DNA of 37,735 nt, taken from Octopus bimaculoides (lineage: Eukaryota). The notes under the pieces are model-generated. The model searched no databases and was not told where the DNA came from. It saw nothing but the letters and a program-made list of their open reading frames with translations. This document shows, in pieces, positions 24,164 through 35,275 of the stretch. Where the stretch lies: positions 133,436,668 through 133,474,402 of the forward strand of contig NC_068983.1 in the NCBI RefSeq assembly GCF_001194135.2, read 5' to 3'. A program made the position numbers and the translations under genes. Position 1 is the stretch's first letter; the number at the start of each line of letters is the position of its first letter.

Positions 24164-24540
24164 ATGGCCCAGTGGTTAGGGCAGCGGACTCGTGGTCATA
24201 GGATCGCGGGCTCGATTCCCAGACCGGGCGTTGTCAGTGTTTATTGAGAGAAAACACCTAAAGCTCCACGAGACTCCGGCAGGGGATGGTGGCGAACCCT
24301 GCTGTACTCTTTCACCACAACTTTCTCTCACTCTTCCTTCCTGTTTCTGTTGTACTTGTAATTCAAAGGGCCAACCTTGTCCCACTGTGTCACGCTGAGT
24401 GTCCCCGAGAACTACGTTGAGGGTACACGTGTCTGTGGAGTGCTCAGCCATTTGCACGTTAATTTCACGAGCAGGCTGTTCCATTCATCGGATCAACTGG
24501 AACCCTCGACGTCGTAAGCGACGGAGTGCCAACAACAACA
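24164..24540 (+). mobile_element. Full-length tRNA-derived SINE, family B, with (CAA)n tail
   Basis: GGAGACGCAATGGCCCAGTGGTTAGGGC (A-box) ...GGGCTCGATTCCC (B-box); 3' tgcacgttaatttcacgagcaggct...cggatcaactggaacc...gacggagtgcc-aacaacaaca. Confidence 0.88.
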
Positions 24541-24842
24541 AATTACTATCAATGCATAATACCTGTAACAAATGTACAACGCATTTGATACTGAAATTCA
24601 TTTTGTGTAAGTTCGCTTTAAAATTGGAGTGTAATGTCCATATAGAATATATCTAGAGTAGCGAGCATAAAAATGTAATTACCCCATAGATCACAGCAGT
24701 TTATTTAAAATCATCCGAAGCTATTGGCCTCTCATCTTCATTTATATATACTTCCACATATATTCACGATCGCGAAAAGCACAGACATCATATATATATG
24801 TGTGTGTGTATAGATGTGTGCATATATGTAAATGCATACACA

Positions 24843-24895
<53 letters not shown>

Positions 24896-24899
24896 TATT

Positions 24900-25090
24900 T
24901 TATTCTTTTATTTGTTTCAGTCATTTGACAGCAGCCATGCCAGTGCACTGCCTTTAGTCGAAGAAATCATCCCAACGACTTATTCTTTGTAAGCCTAGTA
25001 CTTATTCAATCGGTCTCTTTGGCGGAACCGCTAAGTTACGGAGACGTAAACACACCAGCATCGATTGTCAAAGGATGGTGGGGGGACAAA
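24900..25090 (-). mobile_element. SINE family A 3' half
   Basis: tttgtttcagtcatttgac...gcctagtacttattc...cggtctc...aaacacaccagcatcg. Confidence 0.88.
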
Positions 25091-25464
25091 CATATACATA
25101 TATATATGTATGTGTATATATCAAAACAGGAGATTGGAAAAGTTTCTTAGCTTCTTTGTCATGTCTTGCCTAATTGTTTACCTTTCCCCACTCCTTTAAC
25201 CTACATTTACTGACTTAAATGAAGCCACTTATAAACCTTGTGAACAGGACAATCACGTAACCATAACTTCAACTGCTGTTCAAACTGGAATTTTGGTGAC
25301 GTACCTGTTTGAGCACTCAAAACGCATACCTATTAGTTTGAGTCATCCTGGCGAAAACTCCTCATATCCTTTATATTATATATAAGTATATGTATATGTG
25401 GTGTATGTGTGTGTATATTCACATATATGAGTGTATGTACGTGTATGGGGGGGGTGCCTTTGAG

Positions 25465-25670
25465 TTTGTGTTTGTACCCTAGCACAGCTTGACAACAGCT
25501 GTTGGTTAGTTTACATCCGCATAAATTAGCGGCTCGGTAAAACAGAGCGGTAGAATAAGAACCAATCTTCAAAAAGAAAACGTACTAGGATTGGTTCATT
25601 CGACAATAAATTCTTCAAGGCGGTGGCTCAGCTTGGCCGAAGTCTAATGACTAAAGCAAGTAACAGATAG
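25465..25670 (+). mobile_element. SINE family A-related 3' half (diverged)
   Basis: cagcttgacaacagctgttggttagtttacatcc...tagaataag...ttcattcgac...ttcttcaaggcggtg...gtctaatgactaaagcaagtaa. Confidence 0.8.
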
Positions 25671-25701
25671 GACACACACATATTTTAAATATGTATGTAT
25701 A

Positions 25702-25759
<58 letters not shown>

Positions 25760-25774
25760 TATATATATATATAT

Positions 25775-25814
<40 letters not shown>

Positions 25815-26599
25815 TCATCATCATCATCGTTTATCGTCCGCTTTCCATGCTAGCATGGGTTACATATATATGCAAGTATGTTCTTATGTGTGTGTGTGTG
25901 TGTTTGTATGTATGCATGCATGTATGTATATACGTATTTATGTATATAATTTCATGCAAAATGACCACTTATGCTATAGATCAAGAAACGACTTCATAGG
26001 CATATTCACGTAGTTTAGAAACCAAAATATGCTCTCCTTGGCAAAAGTTGACCAAAGACTGTCATGTTAACCATTAATATAAACAATGTCCTCCCTACTC
26101 TTCAAACTATACACTTATACTGAATTTCATGCTAATTCATCTGTCCCTAATCTACTCAAAGTAGAAGAATATATTTCGTTTGGTTAACGAATTAGATCAG
26201 TTGCAATCAGAATCATTTACAATCAAAACGGAATTGAATCTCAAAAAATATCAACGTCTATATAATTCAGCTACATCTAATATTTAAATATAATAATTAA
26301 AGCAGGAAAATCAGCGAAAAATATTAATAGAGAAATAGCATTAAATAGTTGAGAAAACATTACCTATAGGAAAGAGTTAGAAGAAACGTTCATGACAAGA
26401 CAATCTAAGTACAGGACAAGGTGTTGCTTTTATACATCAGATATTTTAATAAATATTCTAAATATTCTTTATTCTACTCTATCAAACAATTCTGTTGTTC
26501 ACTGGCCAAACACAAGTAGCATTGTACTGTGTATAGCGCCATGTCAATAACTGAGACGATCTCAGTATCAGAATTCTAAAAGCTCTAGGAGGCGTTGTG

Positions 26600-26900
26600 G
26601 AGGTGAGTTCAATGTAGATAACTTTCTTACAAAATCCAATTCCTTTTCATGAGTTTAATTAAGCTGTTGCCACTGTTTTGAGTTAACTTACGATCACAAT
26701 CGGGTTCTTGCATTAAGACATTCTATGCGGCCGTCTATGATTAACTTGGTGGCAGCAAGATTTTGTTTTTTACTTCATAATTAAGTTTATATGTTCGACG
26801 GTTAGTCTTAAGAATTTCGTAATATCTAAAAGTGCTGTATGTTAGTTACGTCTATCAGCTTTATACGTGAGTTCCGTGTTATCTACTTTCCCAAAGAAGT
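26600..26900 (-). mobile_element. Highly degenerate PLE pre-RT fragment
   Basis: Pieces in shifting frames: VDNT..TYK...ALLDITK...N.EVK...KLIIDGRIECL, resembling ADKT.NlYK....LL..NITK.Y...IN.EAK..A..L.IDDRIE upstream of the ITLKDHK motif. Confidence 0.45.
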
Positions 26901-27123
26901 TGGTGGTGTTTTAATAAGTATACAGAAATTCTGCATGCCAGATTATAAAAAAAAACCTGATGTTGAGTATGGCATATAATTTACGGATTTATGAAGATCT
27001 TTATAAGTGGTGTATATATACATATACGCACACACATGCAGACATATATGTGTATACATATGCATACATATGTATATATATATATGTATATATATATATA
27101 TACATATATATATATACAAAAAT

Positions 27124-27154
<31 letters not shown>

Positions 27155-27799
27155 TATATATATATATATATAAACACACGCACACGCACAATGTTAAATT
27201 TGCTCTCTCATTCCCGTTTTACATGTCATATTCCTCACATCAATGGTGTGGCGGTTGACAGATTGCTCTTCGTAAGTGAGATGGTGTAAATAGAAGAAAA
27301 AAATATAATTGTGAGGTATATTCTGGAGGGCACACTCTATCATACATATTTACGCAACATATATACGTTCACAGCCAACATATTCATAGACTGAAAAGAA
27401 AAGGAAAATAAATTAAATAACTTTGAAGCGATGTAGATTCAAGTGTAACAACAATAAATTCGACGACGATGGACGCCACGACATCAACAATGACATTAAT
27501 ACATTAATAGTAATATTAACTACAGCACGAACAGTCACAGGGAGATAGTGGTAACTGCCTTTGATAGGGTTATGATATCAGCCTCAAAGAACATGCTCTG
27601 ACGTAGATGAAGCGAGTGTTCGTAATCATCTCCATTATCTCACGGCAGTAACATGTTGTGTACCGCACACTTCATACCAGTTTACTTACAAGCGTCCACT
27701 ATCACGTGCACACAGTTTCAGACACATGCCTACAGTGCTGGACTAATACGAGACGTCATCCACACACATAAAAACACTCAGACACACACAGCGCGTATG

Positions 27800-28465
27800 T
27801 TCATTGATGTACTTAATTGTGCTTATACACCTTCATGCACAAATATCCTTCCAGCTATCATACCGTTTTGTATTTACATAAGCAATGACAGATTATCAGA
27901 GTGTTTTGTGTAAGTCCAACAAATCCAACAAGCAAAGATCGGTGGTGCTCCGGGTAAGTCCCTCCTTCCTGTAGTAGTTAACTCTGAGAGTTCTGTTGGA
28001 GAAGACACCATGGTCTGCATAATATTGGTTAGGGTTAAATCTTAAGGTGTCTCCACAGTCTCCGGAAGCTCCCGTTACAACATAATAGATACCTGCATAA
28101 TATTTAGCAAGTTTCAAACTATTGGATGTCGCTATAATGCTAGCCACGTTGGCTGTGTACTCCTCTTTCTCTTCCATTACACCTGTTTATCTACTCCAAC
28201 TTTGCTTTTACCAACAGTACTTTTAAGAACTACCTAATTATAACACTACTACAAAGTTGGTGGCAATTGATAATTGAGTGCACCTAATGACCTATACATT
28301 TTCTGATGGAAGATATAATGTAACAATATATCTACATTGGCCGTATTGTGTGATAGAGGAAGAGTTTGGTGATATTTCTGTTGAAAATACTATGATACTT
28401 ATCCGGAAAAAGACCATTAGGACGTAGGTCTTACACATTAGATGAGAAAGGTGGGTCATACATAT
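27800..28465 (-). mobile_element. Degenerate PLE RT-EN linker/endonuclease fragment
   Basis: YDPPFSSNV...FPDKYHSIFNRNITKL (28350-28460), resembling WFNPPFS.NV...HFP....KIFNRN.iK, and FVGLTQNT near 27900-27930 resembling YIGLTE.T. Confidence 0.55.
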
Positions 28466-28466
28466 A

Positions 28467-28873
28467 GGCGCAGGAGTGGCTATGTGGTTAGTAGCTTGCT
28501 TAACAACCACATGGTTCCGGGTTCAATCCCACTGCGTGGCACCTTAGGCAAGTGTCTTCTACTATAGCCTCGGGCCGACCAAAGCCTTGTGAGTGGATTT
28601 GGTAGACGGAAACTGAAAGGAGCCCGTCGTATATATGTATATATATATTTATGTGTGTGCATATGTTTGTGTGTCTGTGTTTGTTCCCCCCCCCCACAAT
28701 CGCTTGACAACCGATGCTGGTGTGTTTACGTCCCCGTAACTTAGCGGTTCGGCAAAAAGTGACCGATAGAATAAGTACTAGGCTCACAAAGAATAAGTCC
28801 TGGGGTCGATCATCTCGACTAAAGGAGGTGATCCAGCATGGCTGCAGTCAAATGACTGAAACAAGTAAAAGAG
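28467..28873 (+). mobile_element. Full-length tRNA-derived SINE (family A), inserted at the edge of a PLE remnant, followed by (GATA)n
   Basis: GGCGCAGGAGTGGCTATGTGGTTAG (A-box-like)...GGTTCCGGGTTCAATCCC (B-box) ACCTTAGGCAAGTG core-like segment, internal (TG/TA) tract, 3' GCATGGCTGCAGTCAAATGACTGAAACAAGTAAAAGAG. Multiple related copies in this window. Confidence 0.9.
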
Positions 28874-28885
28874 TAAATGAGTAAT

Positions 28886-28965
<80 letters not shown>
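28886..28965. repeat. (GATA)n microsatellite
   Basis: Direct inspection; also (TAGA)n at 15812-15869. Confidence 0.97.
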
Positions 28966-28999
28966 TAGATATATACACACATATATATATATACATATA

Positions 29000-29399
29000 T
29001 ATAGTTAAAATTTACAGGAAAACAAAAGACGAAGACAGGTGTATGAACAACAAGCAGGTGTATTAGTTTGACGCTCGGAAAAGTGAGAATGTCTTTTAGG
29101 TTTCGAGCCTACGATCTTCAACAGAAAGGAATAAAAGAAAATAAACAGAGAGAGAATAGAAAAACTTGTACAGAGGAGGTCAGAAAGAGCAGGAGATGCA
29201 GTAAATGACGATGCTAGAAGTGCAGGTAAAGGAATCGGTCATATGATAGGGACGATGATGGGTGCCTGTGAGGATGGTAGTGTTGGAGAGGCAGGGGCAA
29301 GTGAGACAGCGTGGGCGGGAGCAGGGGAGCGAGCCAGGTTGGGAGGTGGTGTTAGGGAAGAAACTGTGGACCAGGAGGTCACGCAGGTTGTGGGCATGT

Positions 29400-29400
<1 letters not shown>
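29000..29400 (-). mobile_element. Internally deleted Neptune-like PLE: zinc-knuckle/GIY segment fused to the 3' terminus
   Basis: 29165-29400 translates NLRDLLVHS...PGSLPCSRPRCLTCP...FTCTSSIVIYCISCSF*PPLY. It breaks just before the expected IG, then joins a terminal segment with decayed hammerhead CTGTTGA-A-GATC-GTAG-GCTC-GAAAC-CTA-AAAG (29091-29130). Confidence 0.85.
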
Positions 29401-29447
<47 letters not shown>

Positions 29448-29875
29448 ATTCATCAAGATGCGATAAATTACTGATATCAGGTATGTCAGATTTAAGTTGT
29501 GCATAGGAGTATATCTATAAATATACGTATCTATGCATATTTGTATGTATTCATATGTGAAAGCGAAATTCTCATAATAATAAATAGCATCGAAGACTAG
29601 ATAAAGCATGGCATTAATAGATCAATTGCAAAATAGGGGAGTGAATTTAGTGGCGCGCATAACGGGTTCCATTAGTATAGACAGAAAGTAATGAAGTAAA
29701 TAAAAGATATACAGCTAATAAATGTAGAATGGCGAAACTAGTCAACAAGGGAATGTATATACAATCTGTGATTCAACTCCTGTTATACGAGCTACATACT
29801 CGCGCGCACACATGGTATACAAATAGATTGATAGATAGGCAAGTATACAGACAGAACGCGGACTGTTATGATATG

Positions 29876-29999
<124 letters not shown>

Positions 30000-30039
30000 T
30001 CAGTCCTAACTCTCTGGATGTTTTACGTACGTCTTTTTG

Positions 30040-30240
30040 TCTTTCATTCTCTTGTCACGGTGATTCGACTTTGACCATGCAGGGAACCGCCTTCATGACT
30101 TTTAGTCGAAGGAATCAAGCTCAGTACTTACTTCTTTTTTTTAACCTGGTACATATTCCATCGGTCTCCTAATGAAAACCACCAGGTTACGATGTTGCAA
30201 CACCAACACCGGTTGTAGATGTACCGGTGGAGACAAAGAT
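30040..30240 (-). mobile_element. SINE family A-related 3' half (diverged)
   Basis: gaccatgcagggaaccgcc...ttagtcgaag...cagtactt...tccatcggtctc...caccaacaccggttgt...ggagacaaag. Confidence 0.7.
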
Positions 30241-30310
30241 ATACAAACACACATACACACACACACACACACACACATACACACACGCGCGCACACACAT
30301 ACATATATGC

Positions 30311-30365
<55 letters not shown>

Positions 30366-30615
30366 TAGATAGATAGATAGATAGATCCATACATACGTAC
30401 ATACATGCATACATACATACATGCATACATACATACATGCATATATTTTTCCCACGTGAGTATATATAATACCTATTTATATAGCTTAATACAACATACA
30501 TTGCATATATTTATATGCATAATATATAACACATATATACATAACTATATACATATATTCACATACATACATAGAGAGAAGGATGGTTCATTAGTCATGT
30601 TGCTTATTTCTTTCT

Positions 30616-30718
<103 letters not shown>

Positions 30719-32089
30719 CTTTCTCCATCACTTTATTTCTCCGTTTGCTTGCCCCTCACCTCTCACAATCTGGTCGCTCATCAGAAAAGTCAACCCAACA
30801 TAGGAATTCATTTATTGCCATCATCATCACTCACTTTCAATTTCCTCGTTTCTCATTAATTTTCTTTTACTCTATTCAAATTTTTTTTTTTTGTTTTAGT
30901 TTTTTCCTATCAGTTTCCATGGTTGATTATTGAAATTTTTCTATTTAATCATTCGTTCGTTAATTCATTGCTTTCTTTGTGTATTTGTTATCTACTGTAG
31001 GTTATATAAATATACTAAATAAATAGAATATTATACGACTTTGTTTTCTGTGTATATCAAAGAGAAATATTTAATAGCAACCTAACTTGTTTAGCTCTAC
31101 TGGGCATGCAATGGAAAGCGTCAATCTTTGCTCCAAATTCGTTCCGCTCTAGCAGTCATGCGTGGGAGAGCGTCATGTTTTGCTTGCTCAGCAGCCAACT
31201 GGCTAACGCTAGAGAACATTTTGGAAGACAAAAGACATGACATGGAAGTCTAAGGAGTCTCGTTTGCTTTGTACATGAATTTATGCTCCAGAGAAGTTCA
31301 CTTTGCAACGTTGTGTTTTGCGTTCGAATCTGCCTCACAAATGTTTGAATTTTCGGGCAGTAGAATCGAATGTTGTCTATTGAATGGAATTTGGTGTTTA
31401 GAAATGACAAAATACCTGATGCACGAAAAGGATAGGGATGCCAGTAAACCCCTTAGATGCGACAACTGATGCATGTGCTGTGGAGTTAACAATAAGCATG
31501 TTACTCACATCATATGCTTATTATCTGAAAATGTCCTCACAGTATTAACTGATTATGAGACACGATGTTGTGGCCAGCAAGAATTTTTTCACCCTCATTT
31601 CCTCTTGGAAAGGAAAATGAGGGTGGAGCGGGAAGTGCTACCTCCAAGTAAATTGCGTAAAGATGGGTGACTGTGGCAAAAATGGTTAGCGGAAAGGGCC
31701 CTACTCTAAGTATTCTCTTGTAGATTGGAGAGGATGGGAGAGGGCTTGTACCTTTGGTGGTCAGGGTAATCTTGAATCTGTGGAGTTCCTTGAACCTAGT
31801 TGGGGTTTCTCCTGTATCAGGGTAACTGCATCATTCATGTTATTACATACTTTGTATGATATCTATTCTTTAATTGCCTGTCACAGTCTTTTCCTTTTCT
31901 TCTTTCCCATCTTTTGTGTAAATCCCCTCATAATTGTTGTGTTAGCAGCACAATTTAGCCCTCTTCCATAAACCTGAAGCTGTGTACCTATGTAATAAAT
32001 GTGTCTTTTTCATGTCGCCCTTACCCCTAATCATAAACGATGCTGATGTTTTGTTTTTAGCTCTTTTATATCACAGCTGTTTCACAAGT

Positions 32090-32123
32090 TTGACTATTTT
32101 CCCCTTTTCTTTTCCATTTTCAG
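32090..32123 (+). promoter_or_regulatory. 3' splice acceptor preceding the receptor coding exon (exon would begin at 32124)
   Basis: TTGAC branch-point-like motif at 32090-32094, a long polypyrimidine tract (ttttccccttttcttttccatttt) and CAG at 32121-32123, about 240 nt upstream of the ATG. Implies an upstream non-coding exon that was not located. Confidence 0.7.
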
Positions 32124-32361
32124 GTTAAACAACGCAATGTTACGATACAAGAAATCATAAACTCAAATATTGACAACAGTAACACCAAACTATAATAAGA
32201 ATAAAAAGAGGAGCAGAAGAAGCGACGACAGAAAGAAAAAAATTGTTAAATCTACGAAATCTCTCATCTAACCAATAACACAAACGCTACTTACAATAAA
32301 ATAACAGTGTAATGATATTATTAGTGCTCCGAAGAAGGTAAAAACAAACAAAGAGTTGTTT

Positions 32362-35163
32362 ATGGAAATGAGTGTTTTTAACCATAGCACACATCAGTTT
32401 AACGCCATGAGTGTTAATCCGTCACCGTCCCCCAACTCCGGTTCATCGTCAGCAGCAGCAGCAGCAGCGGCGGCAGCAGCCGCCGCTGTCCACTTAAGCA
32501 GTTATGGCCTTGAAAATACAACAGAATTAGGGGACTGGTTCTTTGGCTGGAACGATACATGGAACGAAACTAACAACGATTCGTCGTATAGTACGTCTTC
32601 TGAAGCACCTTCGCAAACTCCTCTTCCACTCTGGACAACAGTGATACTCGGTATCATGGCGGGTGTGTGCAGCCTAGTCACTGTGCTAGGTAACGCCATG
32701 GTACTGTTTTCCTTTGCTATTGAGCGAACCATTCGCCAACCGACGAACTATTTTATAGCATCTTTGGCAGTATCTGATCTTTTGATCGGATCGTTTTCAA
32801 TGCCATTTTTCACATCGTATCTTCTACTTGGATATTGGCCCATGGGTCCTTGGCTATGTGATCTCTGGCTATCACTAGACTGGACAGTGTGTCTAGCTTC
32901 ACAATATACAGTATTTCTAATTACAATGGATCGTTTTTGCTCTGTTAAACTTCCAGCCAAGTACCGGAACTGGCGGACAGAAAGAAAAGTAATAATTATG
33001 ATAGCCGTGATATGGGTGTTACCAATTTCAATTTTTTTCACTTGTATTATTGGTTGGCAATTTTTTGTTGGAAAGCGGACTGTGCCAGAACGTGAGTGTG
33101 AAGTACAATTCATGAGTGATCCGGTGTTTCTTCTACTATTAACAATTGGATATTATTGGACAACATTAATTGTTATGTGCGGTCTATATACAGGCATTTA
33201 CAGAGTGGCCTTGATGTTGCAGAGAAAATCAGAAGCAAAACATAAAAAAATAAGTGCTGCAATGGAAATGGCAACAGACCAGATACGACAAGCTCACTCT
33301 CTAAGAGCAGGGCATGTTGACAAAACGGGGGTTGGTAAGGATCACAAAGATGGAAACAATGTAGCAATGACCACAACAAGTTTCAGTTCTAAGCGAAACA
33401 GTGAAAAGGAAGAAGAGCGGTCAAGTAGTCCAGCTTTTGCTTCAGATGATGAAAATAGTAGTCAGTCTCCTAAACCATCCAAGAAACCATCTCCGAAGGA
33501 TCTTCCACAATTACTGTGTGATATTGGGAAAGTCCCGGCCGGTTTAATTGAAGATGCACCTATGGCAACGAGTAAGAGTCATATTAAAGCCAATGGCAGC
33601 AAAAAAAATAAGGGAAATCTAAAATTTTCAACGAAACAAAGTCAGAAAAGCAAGAATAATGTAGCAGAAAGTTTAAACAATAGATCTATGTCAAATGCTA
33701 ACACAAATACTGTTATGGCATTATATGAACCTGCCGAAGTGAAAACTGCTCAGAAATCATCGAGATCGACTTCTTTAGTTGATAAACAAAACTCTACAAT
33801 CCCTCTTCTCATAAATGAAACCAACAAATTTGCCTTTGAAGAAGGAATTCAAGAAACTGAAAATATATTAAAGAACGAAGATAATGCGGCAGTGGATGAC
33901 GAAGAAGAGGAAGTTTTGATAGACTGTAGTATTCCTCACTTAGAAGCTGAATCCGCTGAAAGTGTAAAGCTTCTTCCAGAGATCATGCCAGACGTGACAT
34001 ATACTGGAGACAACAATTTGATAACTTTGGATTCATGTGAACCTGAGAGCAATGAAGCCCAGAATTCTCCTGTTTGGAAGAGGAGATCTCTGGTCAAGTA
34101 TTCAGCATCATCTCCGGCCATAGACCTAACCGCTTCTTCGTCAGCAGTTGCGGAAGCCAGTTATTCTAGTTATGATGAAGATGGAGGAGAGGGAGGCGAA
34201 GAAGGAGAAATGACCAGTTTACTTCAGCAGTGTATCTCTCAACCTTCTGTGATGATGACGGCCACAACAGCAACAACGCCCCCACCAACTACAATGTCCT
34301 CAGAAATAACAACAGCTGAAATGGAACCAGAAATTGATAATACTGCAGCCACAATACTTACTATGGCAATGGAGGAAATACCGAAAGTGAATTCCACAGC
34401 TTCGGACTTTTCTCCTCATTGTCCTGATAATTCGTTTCGATTTCCCGACACAGATTATGAGAAAGAAAATACAAATTTAGCCAATGAAGGCGCCATATTG
34501 GAAAATTACGAAAACATACAAGAACAACTAGAAGAGCAGCATCAGCAACACCATCCCCAACAGGAAGAAAAACAAATAGAGCAAGAAGAAGAGCAAGAAA
34601 AACCACAACAAACTGAGGACAACAATGAGCTGCAGAAACAATTAGAACAGGAGCAACAACAAAAGCAACAGCACCTAGAAGAGGAACAAACACAGAAACC
34701 AGAAAAGCAAGATCCACAACAAAAACAGGAAAAACAGAAACTGCAGAAACCGCATACCACAAACAATCAAAATGATGATTTGACTAGTGTAACATCTAAA
34801 CGTAATCTAAAATACAGCAGCCCTTTCCAAACCATAGTGAAAAATATGGGTAAACAGAAGGTACGGCGGAGATCAAAGAAAGAAAAGACGAAATCAAAAT
34901 CAGAAAATCGTGCAAGGAAGGCACTGAGAACAATTACATTTATCTTAGGTGCCTTTGTTCTGTGTTGGACACCATATCACTTAATGGTGGCCATAATCGG
35001 TATGGGAGGAGGCAACAGTGAAGTTAGTGTCACCCTGTATAAAATTACTTACTGGCTGTGCTATTTAAACAGTCCAATTAACCCCTTCTGTTATGCTTTT
35101 GCCAATGTACAATTTAAACGAACCTTTTTGAGAATTCTACGATTTGATTGGCACCGGACATGA
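32362..35163 (+). CDS. mAChR-B: Muscarinic acetylcholine receptor, protostome B-type (class A GPCR), single coding exon, 933 aa from first ATG
   Basis: Seven hydrophobic TM segments with GN in TM1 (LGNAMV), LAVSD in TM2, CDLWLSLDWTVCLASQYTVFLITMDRFCSVK in TM3 (aminergic Asp, DRF), CWTPYH in TM6 and YWLCYLNSPINPFCY in TM7. SQYTV...DRFCSVK and PYH match B-type rather than A-type (NASV...DRY, PYN) receptors as recalled. N-terminal sequons NHS, NTT, NDT, NET, NDS. In-frame TAA at 32302-32304 bounds the ORF; the track's TTG start is 2 codons upstream of the ATG. Confidence 0.93.
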   Translation: MEMSVFNHSTHQFNAMSVNPSPSPNSGSSSAAAAAAAAAAAAVHLSSYGLENTTELGDWFFGWNDTWNETNNDSSYSTSSEAPSQTPLPLWTTVILGIMAGVCSLVTVLGNAMVLFSFAIERTIRQPTNYFIASLAVSDLLIGSFSMPFFTSYLLLGYWPMGPWLCDLWLSLDWTVCLASQYTVFLITMDRFCSVKLPAKYRNWRTERKVIIMIAVIWVLPISIFFTCIIGWQFFVGKRTVPERECEVQFMSDPVFLLLLTIGYYWTTLIVMCGLYTGIYRVALMLQRKSEAKHKKISAAMEMATDQIRQAHSLRAGHVDKTGVGKDHKDGNNVAMTTTSFSSKRNSEKEEERSSSPAFASDDENSSQSPKPSKKPSPKDLPQLLCDIGKVPAGLIEDAPMATSKSHIKANGSKKNKGNLKFSTKQSQKSKNNVAESLNNRSMSNANTNTVMALYEPAEVKTAQKSSRSTSLVDKQNSTIPLLINETNKFAFEEGIQETENILKNEDNAAVDDEEEEVLIDCSIPHLEAESAESVKLLPEIMPDVTYTGDNNLITLDSCEPESNEAQNSPVWKRRSLVKYSASSPAIDLTASSSAVAEASYSSYDEDGGEGGEEGEMTSLLQQCISQPSVMMTATTATTPPPTTMSSEITTAEMEPEIDNTAATILTMAMEEIPKVNSTASDFSPHCPDNSFRFPDTDYEKENTNLANEGAILENYENIQEQLEEQHQQHHPQQEEKQIEQEEEQEKPQQTEDNNELQKQLEQEQQQKQQHLEEEQTQKPEKQDPQQKQEKQKLQKPHTTNNQNDDLTSVTSKRNLKYSSPFQTIVKNMGKQKVRRRSKKEKTKSKSENRARKALRTITFILGAFVLCWTPYHLMVAIIGMGGGNSEVSVTLYKITYWLCYLNSPINPFCYAFANVQFKRTFLRILRFDWHRT

Positions 35164-35189
35164 AGCAAATTCAACATTAAAGAAAGTTA

Positions 35190-35219
35190 TACTATATATG
35201 CATACCCATATGTATACAT

Positions 35220-35275
<56 letters not shown>

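Noticed and set aside
24164-24240. tRNA-like sequence
   Set aside because: No complete acceptor stem, and it continues into a SINE body present elsewhere in the window; the same applies to heads at 22596, 28467 and 10564.
24176-24656. ORFs with plausible-looking peptides (also 3737-4090, 20391-20597, 28480-28787)
   Set aside because: They lie entirely within SINE copies.
27896-28177. 93-aa ORF containing GIYYV as an independent gene
   Set aside because: It overlaps a degenerate PLE remnant; no splice or start support.
34361-34766. Cys-rich and hydrophobic antisense ORFs (34542-34766, 34361-34762)
   Set aside because: Shadow frames of the CAG/CAA/GAA-rich receptor loop; the metallothionein-like look is a codon artefact.
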